Shown in pieces: positions 36,058-46,238 of a stretch of 64,000 nt of DNA (its first letter is position 1; each line of letters opens with the position of its first letter). Under the pieces are notes generated by a model, which searched no databases, had not been told where the DNA came from, and worked only from the letters and a program-made list of their open reading frames with translations. The stretch is from an uncultured Christensenella sp. (GTDB lineage: Bacteria > Bacillota > Clostridia > Christensenellales > UBA1242), in assembly GCA_910586385.1 (NCBI GenBank), contig CAJUGX010000002.1, forward strand, positions 134,187 to 198,186, in the 5' to 3' direction. The position numbers and the translations under genes were made by a program.

Positions 36058-38127
36058 ATGGAAAATAAGACTTTAGAACTTGAAAAGGTTTATTTGGACA
36101 ACACCTTGAAAGAAATCGACAGATTGAAAACAAGAAACTCCAAAAAAATCAAGCAGAATGAAGAAAGCATTGCTTCTTTCAAGCACTATTTTGCAGACAA
36201 CTATTATGACATTCGTCACGGAAACGGAAAAGAAATTGTTGGTGAAGATGAATTTGCCAACATCAATCTTTCCATCGAAAACTGCGAAATGCAAAACGCA
36301 ACTTTGAAAAAAGACATCTCAAGACTGACAAAACAAAAGAAAAATCCTTACTTTGGAAGATTTGATTTCAAAGCAAACGATGAAAGCGAAAAGTCTCAAT
36401 TCTATATCGGACTCGGACTCATTCAAAACGAAAACAAACAAAACCTCGTTTATGACTGGCGTGCTGACGTCTGCTCCCTCTATTATGACGACAAAATCGG
36501 AAAGACCTCTTACACTTGCCCTGACGGAGAAATCAAGGGAGAGGTCAGCCTCAAACGTCAATTCAAAATTGAGGACAGCAACCTCAAATATTACTTTGAC
36601 AGCAACATGGTCATTGATGACGACATTCTTATGGAACAACTATCCCAAAACTCCACATCAAAGATGCACGACATCGTATCGACCATTCAAAAAGAACAAA
36701 ATGTTCTCATCCGTGATGAGGACTTCAAAAACACAATCGTGCAAGGCGTTGCCGGATCTGGAAAGACTTCAATTGCCATGCACAGAGTGTCCTACCTTCT
36801 TTATAAGTACCGCAACAGCCTCAAGAGTGAGGACATCTTGATTTTGTCCCCTTCCGAGCTTTTTGCAGACTACATAAATGATGTTTTGCCAGCACTTGGC
36901 GAAGATAAGTCATTTACAACCACTTTCTCTGAAATGGCAAAACGTCTTTTGGAACAATCTTTTGAATCTCGTGAAGCAATGCTTGACAGAGTAATTTCAA
37001 ACCAAAACCAAAAAGACTTTGAAAACATCGCAATCAAGTCAAGCTTTGAATTTTTGACAGATTTGCGAAATTTCTTGAAAGATGACATCTGCAACTTGTT
37101 TGTCCCAACCTCAATGGTATTTGGTGAAGTTGTCATCAACAGCGATGAAATGAAAGAAATCTTCTTCAACAAACTCAAATCAATTTCAATCCACAAAAGG
37201 ATTGATGTCATTGCAGAGAGCATTGTTGAGAAATTCAAAGTGCCAGCAGACGCAAAAGACGATTTGCTAAAGCGTGCCAAGAAACTTCTCTATGACAAGT
37301 TTGTGACGACAGACCTTGTAAAAATATACAACCTGTTTCTCAGAAACAATGGGCTTGATGAGATTGAGACAATTGGTGCATATGACATCGCCCCAATCCT
37401 TCTCATAAAAGAAAACCTCTTTTCACTCAAAAACACATATGAGGCAAAATATGTCATTGTTGATGAAATGCAGGATTACACCCCATGCCACTTCTATCTG
37501 TTTGAAAAGATTTGGAACTGCGCAAAACTCTATCTTGGAGACATCTATCAAAGCATTGACCGAACTCTCACCCCGGTCTACCTTGACAACCTTGCAAGTC
37601 TGACTAAATCAACCATAAGACATCTGACCAAGTCATACCGAAGCACAATGCAAATCTCCATGTTCTCTCAAAAGATTCTTGGCAAACACATTGCTGACAA
37701 TGTAAACAGAAATGGAGATGAGGTAGGATTTGTCAAAACAAAGTTTTGTGCAACCAAACTTGAAGAAATCATCGAAGAGCGAAAAGCATCACCAAAGGGC
37801 AAAGATCAGACGATTGCAATAATTTGCAAGACAAAAGAGCAAATCAGAGAACTCCAAAAGCAAAGCGGAGTTATCAAAAAGTTCAAACTGCTTGACAATG
37901 ACACCTCAGTGACAAATTCAAAATATGTCATCACCACCCCAGCACAGGCAAAGGGAGTTGAGTTTGACTGCGTAATCATTCCATTTGCAAACAGCAAGAC
38001 TTATCAAAACGAACTTGACAAAAATCTGCTCTTTGTGGCATGCACAAGAGCCCTTCACAACTTATATTTCGTAAGTGACGGAGAACCAAGCAAATTTTTG
38101 CTCAAGAAACCCGTTCAAGCAAAATAA
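36058..38127 (+). CDS. helD: HelD-like UvrD-family helicase (RNA polymerase recycling ATPase)
   Basis: N-terminal coiled-coil arm, then NPYFGRFDF...FYIGLGLI...LVYDWRADVCSLYY (HelD hallmark), Walker A VQGVAGSGKTSIAMHRVSYLLY, VIVDEMQDYT, and C-terminal AKGVEFDCVII. Confidence 0.78.
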   Translation: MENKTLELEKVYLDNTLKEIDRLKTRNSKKIKQNEESIASFKHYFADNYYDIRHGNGKEIVGEDEFANINLSIENCEMQNATLKKDISRLTKQKKNPYFGRFDFKANDESEKSQFYIGLGLIQNENKQNLVYDWRADVCSLYYDDKIGKTSYTCPDGEIKGEVSLKRQFKIEDSNLKYYFDSNMVIDDDILMEQLSQNSTSKMHDIVSTIQKEQNVLIRDEDFKNTIVQGVAGSGKTSIAMHRVSYLLYKYRNSLKSEDILILSPSELFADYINDVLPALGEDKSFTTTFSEMAKRLLEQSFESREAMLDRVISNQNQKDFENIAIKSSFEFLTDLRNFLKDDICNLFVPTSMVFGEVVINSDEMKEIFFNKLKSISIHKRIDVIAESIVEKFKVPADAKDDLLKRAKKLLYDKFVTTDLVKIYNLFLRNNGLDEIETIGAYDIAPILLIKENLFSLKNTYEAKYVIVDEMQDYTPCHFYLFEKIWNCAKLYLGDIYQSIDRTLTPVYLDNLASLTKSTIRHLTKSYRSTMQISMFSQKILGKHIADNVNRNGDEVGFVKTKFCATKLEEIIEERKASPKGKDQTIAIICKTKEQIRELQKQSGVIKKFKLLDNDTSVTNSKYVITTPAQAKGVEFDCVIIPFANSKTYQNELDKNLLFVACTRALHNLYFVSDGEPSKFLLKKPVQAK

Positions 38128-38265
38128 TTTGAAAAAAAGTTTCATGAATATAAATTCATTTTGACGCAATAATTATTCATTCAAAATGTTTAAGAATGCA
38201 AAAACATTCAACTTTATGCAAGAAATAAAAAAATTCATTTTCCAACAAATTGGACAATCCAAAAG

Positions 38266-38426
38266 TTATCAACATCAAAACCTATCAAAAACGCCAATTT
38301 TGCCCATAGTTTATCCACAAAAATGTGGAAATGTGGATAACTTGCCCATTTTATCCCCAATTTGCCCCGATTTCTAATGGTTGAATATTCATAACCACAA
38401 ATGTATATTTATAAATTTGTGGATAA
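38266..38426. promoter_or_regulatory. DnaA-box cluster
   Basis: Perfect TTATCCACA at 38311-38319. Perfect reverse copies (TGTGGATAA) at 38332-38340 and 38418-38426. One-mismatch boxes at 38266-38274 (TTATCAACA) and 38351-38359 (TTATCCCCA). All lie in a 400-bp non-coding gap. Confidence 0.75.
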
Positions 38427-38475
38427 GTGGAGAGGTTATGTGCATAAATATGTGTCATTCTTTTGACTTTTTTGT

Positions 38476-38504
38476 TTGACTTTGTAGATAGATTAGGCTA
38501 AAAT
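38476..38504 (+). promoter_or_regulatory. Candidate promoter of hisS-metG
   Basis: TTGACT (38476-38481), 17-nt spacer, TAAAAT (38499-38504). RBS AAGGAGAA and the ATG at 38528 follow. Confidence 0.55.
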
Positions 38505-38527
38505 TATACATTAAATAAGGAGAACCA

Positions 38528-39871
38528 ATGACTGATAATAAACTTATTACTCCAAAAAAACTTCAAGGGTTTTGGGAACTTATGCCAAAAGAACAAATGC
38601 TTTTTTCAAGCCTTCTTGAAAAAATCGAAAAAGTGTTTGTTGAGAACAGTTTTTTGCCACTTGATACCCCTGTTTTGGAATATAGCGAAACTCTTCTTGC
38701 AAAAAGCGGTGGGGACACTGACAAAGAAATATATCGTTTCACAAAAGGCTCAACCGATATGTGTATGAGATATGACCTCACTGTCCCACTTGCAAGATTT
38801 GTTGCAATGCACAAAAACGAGTTGAACTTCCCTTTCAAAAGATACCAAATCGGAAAGGTTTATCGTGGTGAAAGACCTCAAAAAGGTCGTTTTAGAGAGT
38901 TTTATCAATGTGATGCCGACATCATCGGCGATGGAGAACTCTCAGTCGTAGCGGACGCAGAATGCGTAAGATTGTTTGAAAAATGCTACAATGCCCTTGA
39001 CCTTGATGTCACAATTGAGGTTTCAAACAGAAAAATTTTGAGCGGTTATATCGAAGAAATAAACAAAACCGACAAAACAATTGACATTCTCATCGTTTTG
39101 GATAAAATTGAAAAACTTCCGATGGAAGAGATTTTGCATCAACTTGAAGAAATTGGGCTTGACAAAAATCAAAGAGAAACAATAGTATCAATCATCAAAA
39201 CTTCTGGCAATATCAAAGAAGTCAGCGAGAAATTGAAAAAGATTTCAAAAAATGAATTGTTTTTGTCTGGTCTTGCAGAACTCGAGCAAATCGACAACCT
39301 CCTTTCTGCTATGGGCGGAAAAAAGATAATATACAACCTTGCAATCATCCGTGGACACAACTATTACACTGGAACAGTCTTTGAAAGCTTCCTCACTGGA
39401 AAAAGAGAACTCGGCGCACTTGGTGGTGGCGGAAGATTTGAAAACTTGTGCGGTTATTTCTCAAAAGACAAGATGCCTGGAGTTGGAATGAGCGTTGGCA
39501 TAACTCGCCTCTTCAACCTCCTCATGCAAGAAAACTATTTTGACCTCTTCCAAACAAACGAGATTGAGTGCGCAGTCATCAACTTTGACGACACTCTCCT
39601 GCCAAGCATGCGTGTTGTCGAACAGCTTAGACAAAGTGGAGTCAAAGCAGATTGCTTCTATGAAAACAAATCTTTCAAATCAAAGATGAAAGAAGCAAAC
39701 CGCAGACAAGTCAAGTTTGTCATCATCGTTGGTGAAAATGAAGTGAATACAAATATGTTTACTTTGAAAAACATGACAACTGGAGAGCAAGCAACCATGT
39801 TGCTTTCTGATATTGTCGAGACAATCAAAAGTGACCGAATGGCGTCTTTGACGCTTTCTAATAGGAATTAA
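38528..39871 (+). CDS. hisS: Histidine--tRNA ligase
   Basis: Class II motifs: LRYDLTVPLARFVA, YQIGKVYRGERPQKGRFREFYQCD, and GGGGRFENL with the C-terminal anticodon-binding domain. Confidence 0.92.
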   Translation: MTDNKLITPKKLQGFWELMPKEQMLFSSLLEKIEKVFVENSFLPLDTPVLEYSETLLAKSGGDTDKEIYRFTKGSTDMCMRYDLTVPLARFVAMHKNELNFPFKRYQIGKVYRGERPQKGRFREFYQCDADIIGDGELSVVADAECVRLFEKCYNALDLDVTIEVSNRKILSGYIEEINKTDKTIDILIVLDKIEKLPMEEILHQLEEIGLDKNQRETIVSIIKTSGNIKEVSEKLKKISKNELFLSGLAELEQIDNLLSAMGGKKIIYNLAIIRGHNYYTGTVFESFLTGKRELGALGGGGRFENLCGYFSKDKMPGVGMSVGITRLFNLLMQENYFDLFQTNEIECAVINFDDTLLPSMRVVEQLRQSGVKADCFYENKSFKSKMKEANRRQVKFVIIVGENEVNTNMFTLKNMTTGEQATMLLSDIVETIKSDRMASLTLSNRN

Positions 39872-39912
39872 ACAAAAAACACCTAATCAAAAAATAAAGT
39901 AAGGATAAGACA

Positions 39913-41616
39913 ATGGAAAAGAAGAAAATTTTAGTTACATCTGCACTGTTGTATGTCAACGGACTTCCACATCTTGGACACGTGGTTGGATGTTGGCTTC
40001 CTGGCGATGTATTTACAAGATATCACAAAACAAAGGGCAATGATGTTGTTTATGTCAGCGGAACTGACGACCACGGCACAACAAGCTATATCTCTGCAAA
40101 AGAGGCAGGGATGGAGCCATCTGCTTACATTGCAAAGATGAATGGCAAGATGAAAGAAATTGCAAAAAAACTGTCAATTGACTTTGATATCTTCAGCGGC
40201 ACAAACACACAAGTTCACAAAGAAATCACAACAGACTTTTTCAATGAGATTTACAAAAATGGCTTCACTGAAGCACAAGAGAGCAACATGCTTTTCTGCG
40301 AGCACGACCACATCGCGCTTGCTGACAGATTTGTCTATGGTGTTTGTCCATACTGCGGTTATGACAAAGCATATGGCGATCAATGCGACAAGTGTGGAAT
40401 GACTTACGAACTTGATATGCTCAAAAATCCAAAGTGCTCTTTCTGTGGCAAAGACGCCGTGAAGAAATCAACAAAACACATCTATATCTGCCTTGACAAG
40501 ATTCAACCACAACTTCAAAAATGGGTTGAAAGCAAGAAAGACGTCTGGCGCCCACATGTTTACTCAATGACAAACAAGTGGTTTAAGGAAGGCTTGAAAC
40601 CTCGTTGCATCACAAGAGACATCCCATGGGGAATCAAAGTGCCTCTCGAGGGCTTTGAAGACAAGGTTTTCTATGTTTGGTTTGATGCACCAATTGGATA
40701 TATCTCAATCACAAAAGAACTCGGTGGCGACGAGATGGTGAAAGATAGATGGCAAAATCCTGATTGCGAAATCTACAACTTCATCGGCAAAGACAACATC
40801 GATTTCCATGCAGTTTTCTTCCCAAGCATGAATCTCGCTTGCAAAAAATATAACCTCGCCAGCAACGTTGTTGGATTCAACTTCTTAAATTTTGAAGGAC
40901 AGAAATTCTCAAAATCAAAGAAGATTGGAATTTTTGGAAACTCACTCCTTCACAGCGACATTGACATCGACGCTCTGAGAGCATATTTGGTGTCTATTTT
41001 CCCTGAAAATAAGGACAGCGACTTCTCTTATGAAGGTTTCAAACTCAACACAAATGCAGAGCTTGTCGGCAAATACGGCAACTTCTTCAACCGCACTCTC
41101 AACATGATAAACAAAAATTTTGAAGGTGCTGTTGGCATTGATTTTGAAGACATCAAAGACAACCTTGATGACAACGACAAAGAGATGATTGAAGCAATCT
41201 ACACTCTCCCAACTCAGATTGGAGAGCTCTTTGAAAAAACAGAATTCCGCGCGGCATACAAAGAGATTATGAGATTTGCAAGCATCGGAAACACATATCT
41301 TGAAAAGACCGCTCCATGGTCACTTATCAAAAATGGTGACATCGATGGCGCAAAGAAAGTTCTTTATCTCTGCCTCAACATGGCAAAAGCACTTGCAATC
41401 GTTGCAAGCCCAATCATGCCAAACAAAACCGCAGAGATTTGGACAGAGCAATTGGGCTTTGCTGGACGTCCTGACATGGCAGAAAACTGGGCAAACGCAA
41501 GCAAAGTTGACATTGCAAAGACACACAAAGTAAATTTGCCAAAACCACTCTTTGCAAGGATTGATGATGAAACAATCGAAAGATACAAAGAAGAGTTTCA
41601 AGCAAACATTTCTTAG
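39913..41616 (+). CDS. metG: Methionine--tRNA ligase (short form, no C-terminal tRNA-binding domain)
   Basis: YVNGLPHLGHVVG (HIGH), zinc knuckles CPYCGY...CDKCG, and KFSKSK (KMSKS). Confidence 0.93.
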   Translation: MEKKKILVTSALLYVNGLPHLGHVVGCWLPGDVFTRYHKTKGNDVVYVSGTDDHGTTSYISAKEAGMEPSAYIAKMNGKMKEIAKKLSIDFDIFSGTNTQVHKEITTDFFNEIYKNGFTEAQESNMLFCEHDHIALADRFVYGVCPYCGYDKAYGDQCDKCGMTYELDMLKNPKCSFCGKDAVKKSTKHIYICLDKIQPQLQKWVESKKDVWRPHVYSMTNKWFKEGLKPRCITRDIPWGIKVPLEGFEDKVFYVWFDAPIGYISITKELGGDEMVKDRWQNPDCEIYNFIGKDNIDFHAVFFPSMNLACKKYNLASNVVGFNFLNFEGQKFSKSKKIGIFGNSLLHSDIDIDALRAYLVSIFPENKDSDFSYEGFKLNTNAELVGKYGNFFNRTLNMINKNFEGAVGIDFEDIKDNLDDNDKEMIEAIYTLPTQIGELFEKTEFRAAYKEIMRFASIGNTYLEKTAPWSLIKNGDIDGAKKVLYLCLNMAKALAIVASPIMPNKTAEIWTEQLGFAGRPDMAENWANASKVDIAKTHKVNLPKPLFARIDDETIERYKEEFQANIS

Positions 41617-41634
41617 TGAACTTGAAATGACAAC

Positions 41635-41670
41635 AAAAAAGAAGACTGAATACTCAGCCTTCTTTTATTT
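41635..41670. terminator. Bidirectional terminator at the convergence of metG and the 1520-aa gene
   Basis: AAGAAGACTGA/TCAGCCTTCTT imperfect 11-bp stem with a 4-nt loop, with A6 upstream and T-rich sequence downstream. Confidence 0.65.
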
Positions 41671-41675
41671 TTCCA

Positions 41676-44600
41676 TTATGCGTAAAGTCCACCGACAGTG
41701 TTTATATATTGTGTGCGATAATATCTGTTTGTGTAGAGCATTCTTCCACCGCAAGTGCCACCGCTGTTGTCATCGTAAGCATTCCTAAGCGTATACCCCG
41801 TTGTAGTGTAACTATCAACATCATTTTTTGAATAGAGATTGAGAGCGATATCGACACCAGTCATCTTTATCTTAAGTCCTGTGATGCTGTCAATGCAAGA
41901 GTAAGCCTTTTCTACAGCATTTCCATTGCCATCATAGGTGTATCCCTTGTATTTTGTAGCTCCAAGATTTAGATCAATGTTTTCAGCCCCTTCTCCAAGA
42001 AGATTTGCACCATTCAACGTAATCACAGTATTCTCACAATTTTCGTCTGTGCGGAATCCAACAAGTGCTTCTTCAAGCGTTGGATTTACATTGATGTTTT
42101 TGATAATATTGACAATCATATTAGGGATATTTATTCCCAATAATGTCTCCTTCATTCCCATAGAATCAAGGATGATTTGAGTAAGATTTGAAAGAAGTTC
42201 ACTCTTGTGGTAAGTGTTTCTGCTTACAGAATCTTCTGTCACCTTATCCCATTTCGTTCCACCAATACCAAGGAATCCACCATGAGTCTCTTGTTTCTTT
42301 GAGAACCTATGGAAGTTCAAATAGCCGTCCGCAAATTCATAAGTTACCAATCTTGTATCAAATGATCCATTAAACACCATTCCTGCAATTGAATTTGTCT
42401 CAAACACAATTTGAGCAAAGATGTATGGATTTTCAATCTCCTCAAGGCAAATATAAAGATCAAGGTTGATATCAATCTTAACAACACCTCCAAGGTTTAC
42501 TGACATGTCACCATTGAAAGTAAAATTCTTTGTGTTTACAGTCGTGACAATTGTATCAATAAGCTTTGAAACATCGCTGAAGTCAATATGCTCTGCATTT
42601 GTATCATAATCAAAACTCTCATCACTGAAGTCTTGAACATCAATTGTCAGATTGATTATCTTGCCTCCCAAAACGAGGTCTTCAACAGAAATTTGTCTAA
42701 GTTTTGTAACAATTGAGCCTTCATTCAGTTCATCCTTCAAAAGAAGAGAAACTGTTGCAGGATTTCCATTTTCGCTCAATTTCAATTCAATTGACAATCT
42801 AATTGTATTAAGTCCATCCTCGCCCATTATCTTGTCAAGTTTGATAAGTCCCAACATCTTTGTGAAACTCTCAACAGAATTAAGCGTTGCATCCGCTTTT
42901 GAAATGGTGTCACCAATTTCTGTTTTTCCAATACCCAAAAGCGATTGAATATATGAGAAGTCTGTCGTGCAATCATCAATGTTCCATGCTTCTTTCATGC
43001 TGTCGCTGAGTCCAAGATTTGCAAACTTGACAATCATTGAGATAATCTCGCTCATATTTGCATTTTCAATCTTCGCCTTAAACTTATTCCCCTTGGCGAT
43101 GTTGTCTCCATGAGTATAGGTGAAATAGAATCCTTCATCGACATTTGAGTAAAGCAAGTCAACAAGATGTTGTACTCCATTTGAGTTTATGTCAAGGTTG
43201 CCCTGAACTTTCAAACTCTTTCCACCAAACAAATCAAGCGCTGGAGTTTGCCCCTCGACAAGATTTTCAACCGAAACAACAACATCTCCACCAAGACCCA
43301 ATTGAGAGTTTTCATCAACAACAGATCCGTCAAGAGAAATTTGATATTGCAATGACATTCCATAGTCATAAATTGTCTCTACCAAGGTCAAGACCGTCTC
43401 GTAAGAATTGAAGTCAATCAAGTTTGTCACGCCGAGGTTTGATTCAACTTTTGTGATGTTTTGATAGTTTTTGTCTTCAACAGCAAACACTCTGTCAATG
43501 CTCTCAGCAAAGACACCAACACTCATATTTGTGAAGTAAACTGCAAAATTGAGGTCTTGTGTGGCAGCGTCTTCAAGGACAATCTTGTTCCCATTTTCGT
43601 CAATACCGTCACAAAGCCAAGCGTCACTATAATCATCATATACCAAAGTGTTTGGATCGTAGATGTTTGCACCAATCACAAGTTTTGTAGGTATGATGAT
43701 ATTGTTGTAATTTGAAATAAACGCTTGCAAAACGATGTCTTCAAATCTTGATTGTGCTCCATACCAAAGCCCATCTTCAATCTTGATTTGGATTCCATTT
43801 TCTATTTCATTTATCCAAGATGCATAGATTTTGTCAATCGCTGGCAATACGACTCTGAAAGCATCTGCTGTCTTCATAAGTGCAGCACCTTCACCAGCAA
43901 GTGCGATGCCAAATTTGTTTTCAACAAATGCAAGCACTTCTTCAATAGTTGACTGTTTCAAGTCGGCAGAAATTTGAAGCCCGTTGATGTCAATATACAA
44001 TGTTTGACCAACAACATAGACATACATGTTGAGCCCCAACGATGTTGTATGAAGTGCGACTGCAGGGACAAATTCACCCATCTCATTTTTTGCAACCATT
44101 GCAACAACTTCGCCATAGAAAGTTGTCTTGCTGTATCTGATTGAGATGTCACTGCTGAATCCATAAACATCTGGCACAACTTCCAAACTGTCAAGAGCGC
44201 CAGCAACAAAATCTTCGCTATACTCCTCGTACTCGTCAGCGCTGAAAGGTTTGATTGTACTCTGTTCAACATAATTTACTTTGATTTCTGCATTCAAAAT
44301 GTCATAAAGTGAAACTATGGCGCTGTCAATTTTGTCATCTTTGAAAGTCAATTTTGCAGTCAAAATTTCTGACAATGATGATTTGTTTGAAACTGACAAA
44401 TTGATATCATCTTGATTCCCTGTCACCCCAACAGCCAAGTTTGCAATCCAATCTTCAGTCGTATAAGAAGCAATCATATTCAAAAGTTCTTCAAACACGC
44501 CAAACTGAATCTCAACACCGAGTGAATCAGAAAGGACTTTTGAAACCATCTCTTTGAAGTTTGCACTCTCAATTGTTCCACTTTCAGGGACAACAAACTT

Positions 44601-46238
44601 GAGTTTCATATTTCCGTAAGAGAAGTAAACAGATCCATTTTCAATTCTTATATTTGCGATTTCTCCGGCAGCAAGCACATCTGAAATTTCAAAAACTCCA
44701 TCAGCATACTTAAACTTGCCAGCAATCTCAAAACCGTTGTAGTTTGCAACAAAGTCAAACTCAAAAATTCCATTTCCTACATAAGCAAGAAGATTATCCA
44801 ATTTTGCAAGCACTGCACTGAGGTCTTCACAACCTGTTGGAACTTCAACTCTTTCATTTGAAACTTTGAAATCAACATTTGCAGAAACATCTTCAAAGCA
44901 CACATTCAAAGTTGACAAATTTTCGCCGTCTTTTGAAAGTGCCACAACAAGACCATTGTCCCATGTCAAAACGAAAGCATCTTCTGAAATCTCGCTTTCG
45001 CTTGGAAGCAGAATCTTGAAGTTTTCAGAACTAGAGAGCAAGTTTTTGATGTATTCTTGAATCTTCTCCACATAATCTTGGTTCTCAAAATCAATGTATT
45101 TGCTGAGAAGTTCCTCAACCAATTCTGAAACGCTCTTTGATGTTCTGTTTTCAATAATCTCAACAATTCTATTCGCCCAAGTTTTCAAATCATTGATAGT
45201 TATTGAAACGCCGAATTCATCCACTTTCAAATAAACTGTTTCGTCAGCATAAACAACTGAAATCTGGTGTCCCTCAACCTCAGTTGAAATTTTTACCTTT
45301 GTCTCGTCTTTGTTGTCAATGTTGAGTGTTGCGCTGTAATTCTTTCCACCAACGGCAACAGACATCTCAACTTCTACAAGCTCATTCGCAAACAGATTTT
45401 TTGCAGAAAGAGCATAGTCGTTAATTGCTGTCATGTCAACAATGCCTTCATCACTTGGCGAAACAATTTTCTCAGAGATGTTTTCACCGTTCATCTCAAC
45501 AGTTGGCACCCTCACCAAAAGTTTGTTTGCTCCAATGTTGATTCCATTGACAGTTGCAGATTTCATAAAGCAGTTTTCATCACAAGTGATTATCGCCTCA
45601 ATGACATTCATTGCAATGATTGAAATCTTCACTTCACCATTTGTTTTCTTTGTTGAAATGTCAAGTTTGTCAATGAGAGTCTCCATGCTGAAATTTGAAA
45701 AATCAATCCCAAGCATATCTTGAATCTTTGAAAGCCCGCTGAAATCAATATTCAAAATGTCAGCAATTTCCATAAATACTTTTGAAAGGCTAGCCAAATC
45801 CAAATCTCCACCAAATTCGGCAGTCGCAAATTTGTAAACCTTGTCATCAATTGAAAAGAAAACTTCTGGTTCTTTATAAACAACGCCTATATTGTAGACA
45901 TGTCCATCAACATCCAATTTTGCAGAAACCGACGCATTGCTTGTTGCCAAATCCACCGCAATGTCTGCATTCAGCGAAATTGCCATTCCACTGCCCTCAA
46001 ACTTCAACTCTACATCCTCAGCATAGATATTATGAAGCGACATCATGTTTGAAACGAAGTTTGAGAAAGACATATCAACTTCACCTTGTGCGCTGTCTGG
46101 CAAAGATCCCATGATGGTTTTCACTCCACCAAAGAGTTCTACATAACCAAAGAAGACAGCAAGGGTGATGAAAAAGTAGACGGTGAACGCCCTAAACATC
46201 CTTGGCACCAAACTTTTCTTCTTTACAGGATTATCCAT
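41676..46238 (-). CDS. Giant orphan protein (1520 aa) with a single N-terminal membrane anchor, acidic and beta-strand-rich
   Basis: ATG at 46238 lies 7 nt after AGAGGAGG. The N-terminus KKKSLVPRMFRAFTVYFFITLAVFFGYVELF is a signal anchor. The rest is a long run of alternating hydrophobic/polar segments with no motif I recognise. Confidence 0.85.
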   Translation of the reverse strand: MDNPVKKKSLVPRMFRAFTVYFFITLAVFFGYVELFGGVKTIMGSLPDSAQGEVDMSFSNFVSNMMSLHNIYAEDVELKFEGSGMAISLNADIAVDLATSNASVSAKLDVDGHVYNIGVVYKEPEVFFSIDDKVYKFATAEFGGDLDLASLSKVFMEIADILNIDFSGLSKIQDMLGIDFSNFSMETLIDKLDISTKKTNGEVKISIIAMNVIEAIITCDENCFMKSATVNGINIGANKLLVRVPTVEMNGENISEKIVSPSDEGIVDMTAINDYALSAKNLFANELVEVEMSVAVGGKNYSATLNIDNKDETKVKISTEVEGHQISVVYADETVYLKVDEFGVSITINDLKTWANRIVEIIENRTSKSVSELVEELLSKYIDFENQDYVEKIQEYIKNLLSSSENFKILLPSESEISEDAFVLTWDNGLVVALSKDGENLSTLNVCFEDVSANVDFKVSNERVEVPTGCEDLSAVLAKLDNLLAYVGNGIFEFDFVANYNGFEIAGKFKYADGVFEISDVLAAGEIANIRIENGSVYFSYGNMKLKFVVPESGTIESANFKEMVSKVLSDSLGVEIQFGVFEELLNMIASYTTEDWIANLAVGVTGNQDDINLSVSNKSSLSEILTAKLTFKDDKIDSAIVSLYDILNAEIKVNYVEQSTIKPFSADEYEEYSEDFVAGALDSLEVVPDVYGFSSDISIRYSKTTFYGEVVAMVAKNEMGEFVPAVALHTTSLGLNMYVYVVGQTLYIDINGLQISADLKQSTIEEVLAFVENKFGIALAGEGAALMKTADAFRVVLPAIDKIYASWINEIENGIQIKIEDGLWYGAQSRFEDIVLQAFISNYNNIIIPTKLVIGANIYDPNTLVYDDYSDAWLCDGIDENGNKIVLEDAATQDLNFAVYFTNMSVGVFAESIDRVFAVEDKNYQNITKVESNLGVTNLIDFNSYETVLTLVETIYDYGMSLQYQISLDGSVVDENSQLGLGGDVVVSVENLVEGQTPALDLFGGKSLKVQGNLDINSNGVQHLVDLLYSNVDEGFYFTYTHGDNIAKGNKFKAKIENANMSEIISMIVKFANLGLSDSMKEAWNIDDCTTDFSYIQSLLGIGKTEIGDTISKADATLNSVESFTKMLGLIKLDKIMGEDGLNTIRLSIELKLSENGNPATVSLLLKDELNEGSIVTKLRQISVEDLVLGGKIINLTIDVQDFSDESFDYDTNAEHIDFSDVSKLIDTIVTTVNTKNFTFNGDMSVNLGGVVKIDINLDLYICLEEIENPYIFAQIVFETNSIAGMVFNGSFDTRLVTYEFADGYLNFHRFSKKQETHGGFLGIGGTKWDKVTEDSVSRNTYHKSELLSNLTQIILDSMGMKETLLGINIPNMIVNIIKNINVNPTLEEALVGFRTDENCENTVITLNGANLLGEGAENIDLNLGATKYKGYTYDGNGNAVEKAYSCIDSITGLKIKMTGVDIALNLYSKNDVDSYTTTGYTLRNAYDDNSGGTCGGRMLYTNRYYRTQYINTVGGLYA

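Noticed and set aside
38186-38377. 63-aa plus-strand ORF in the helD-hisS gap
   Set aside because: It has no RBS and a low-complexity product, and it is laid directly over the DnaA boxes. The region is better explained as regulatory DNA.
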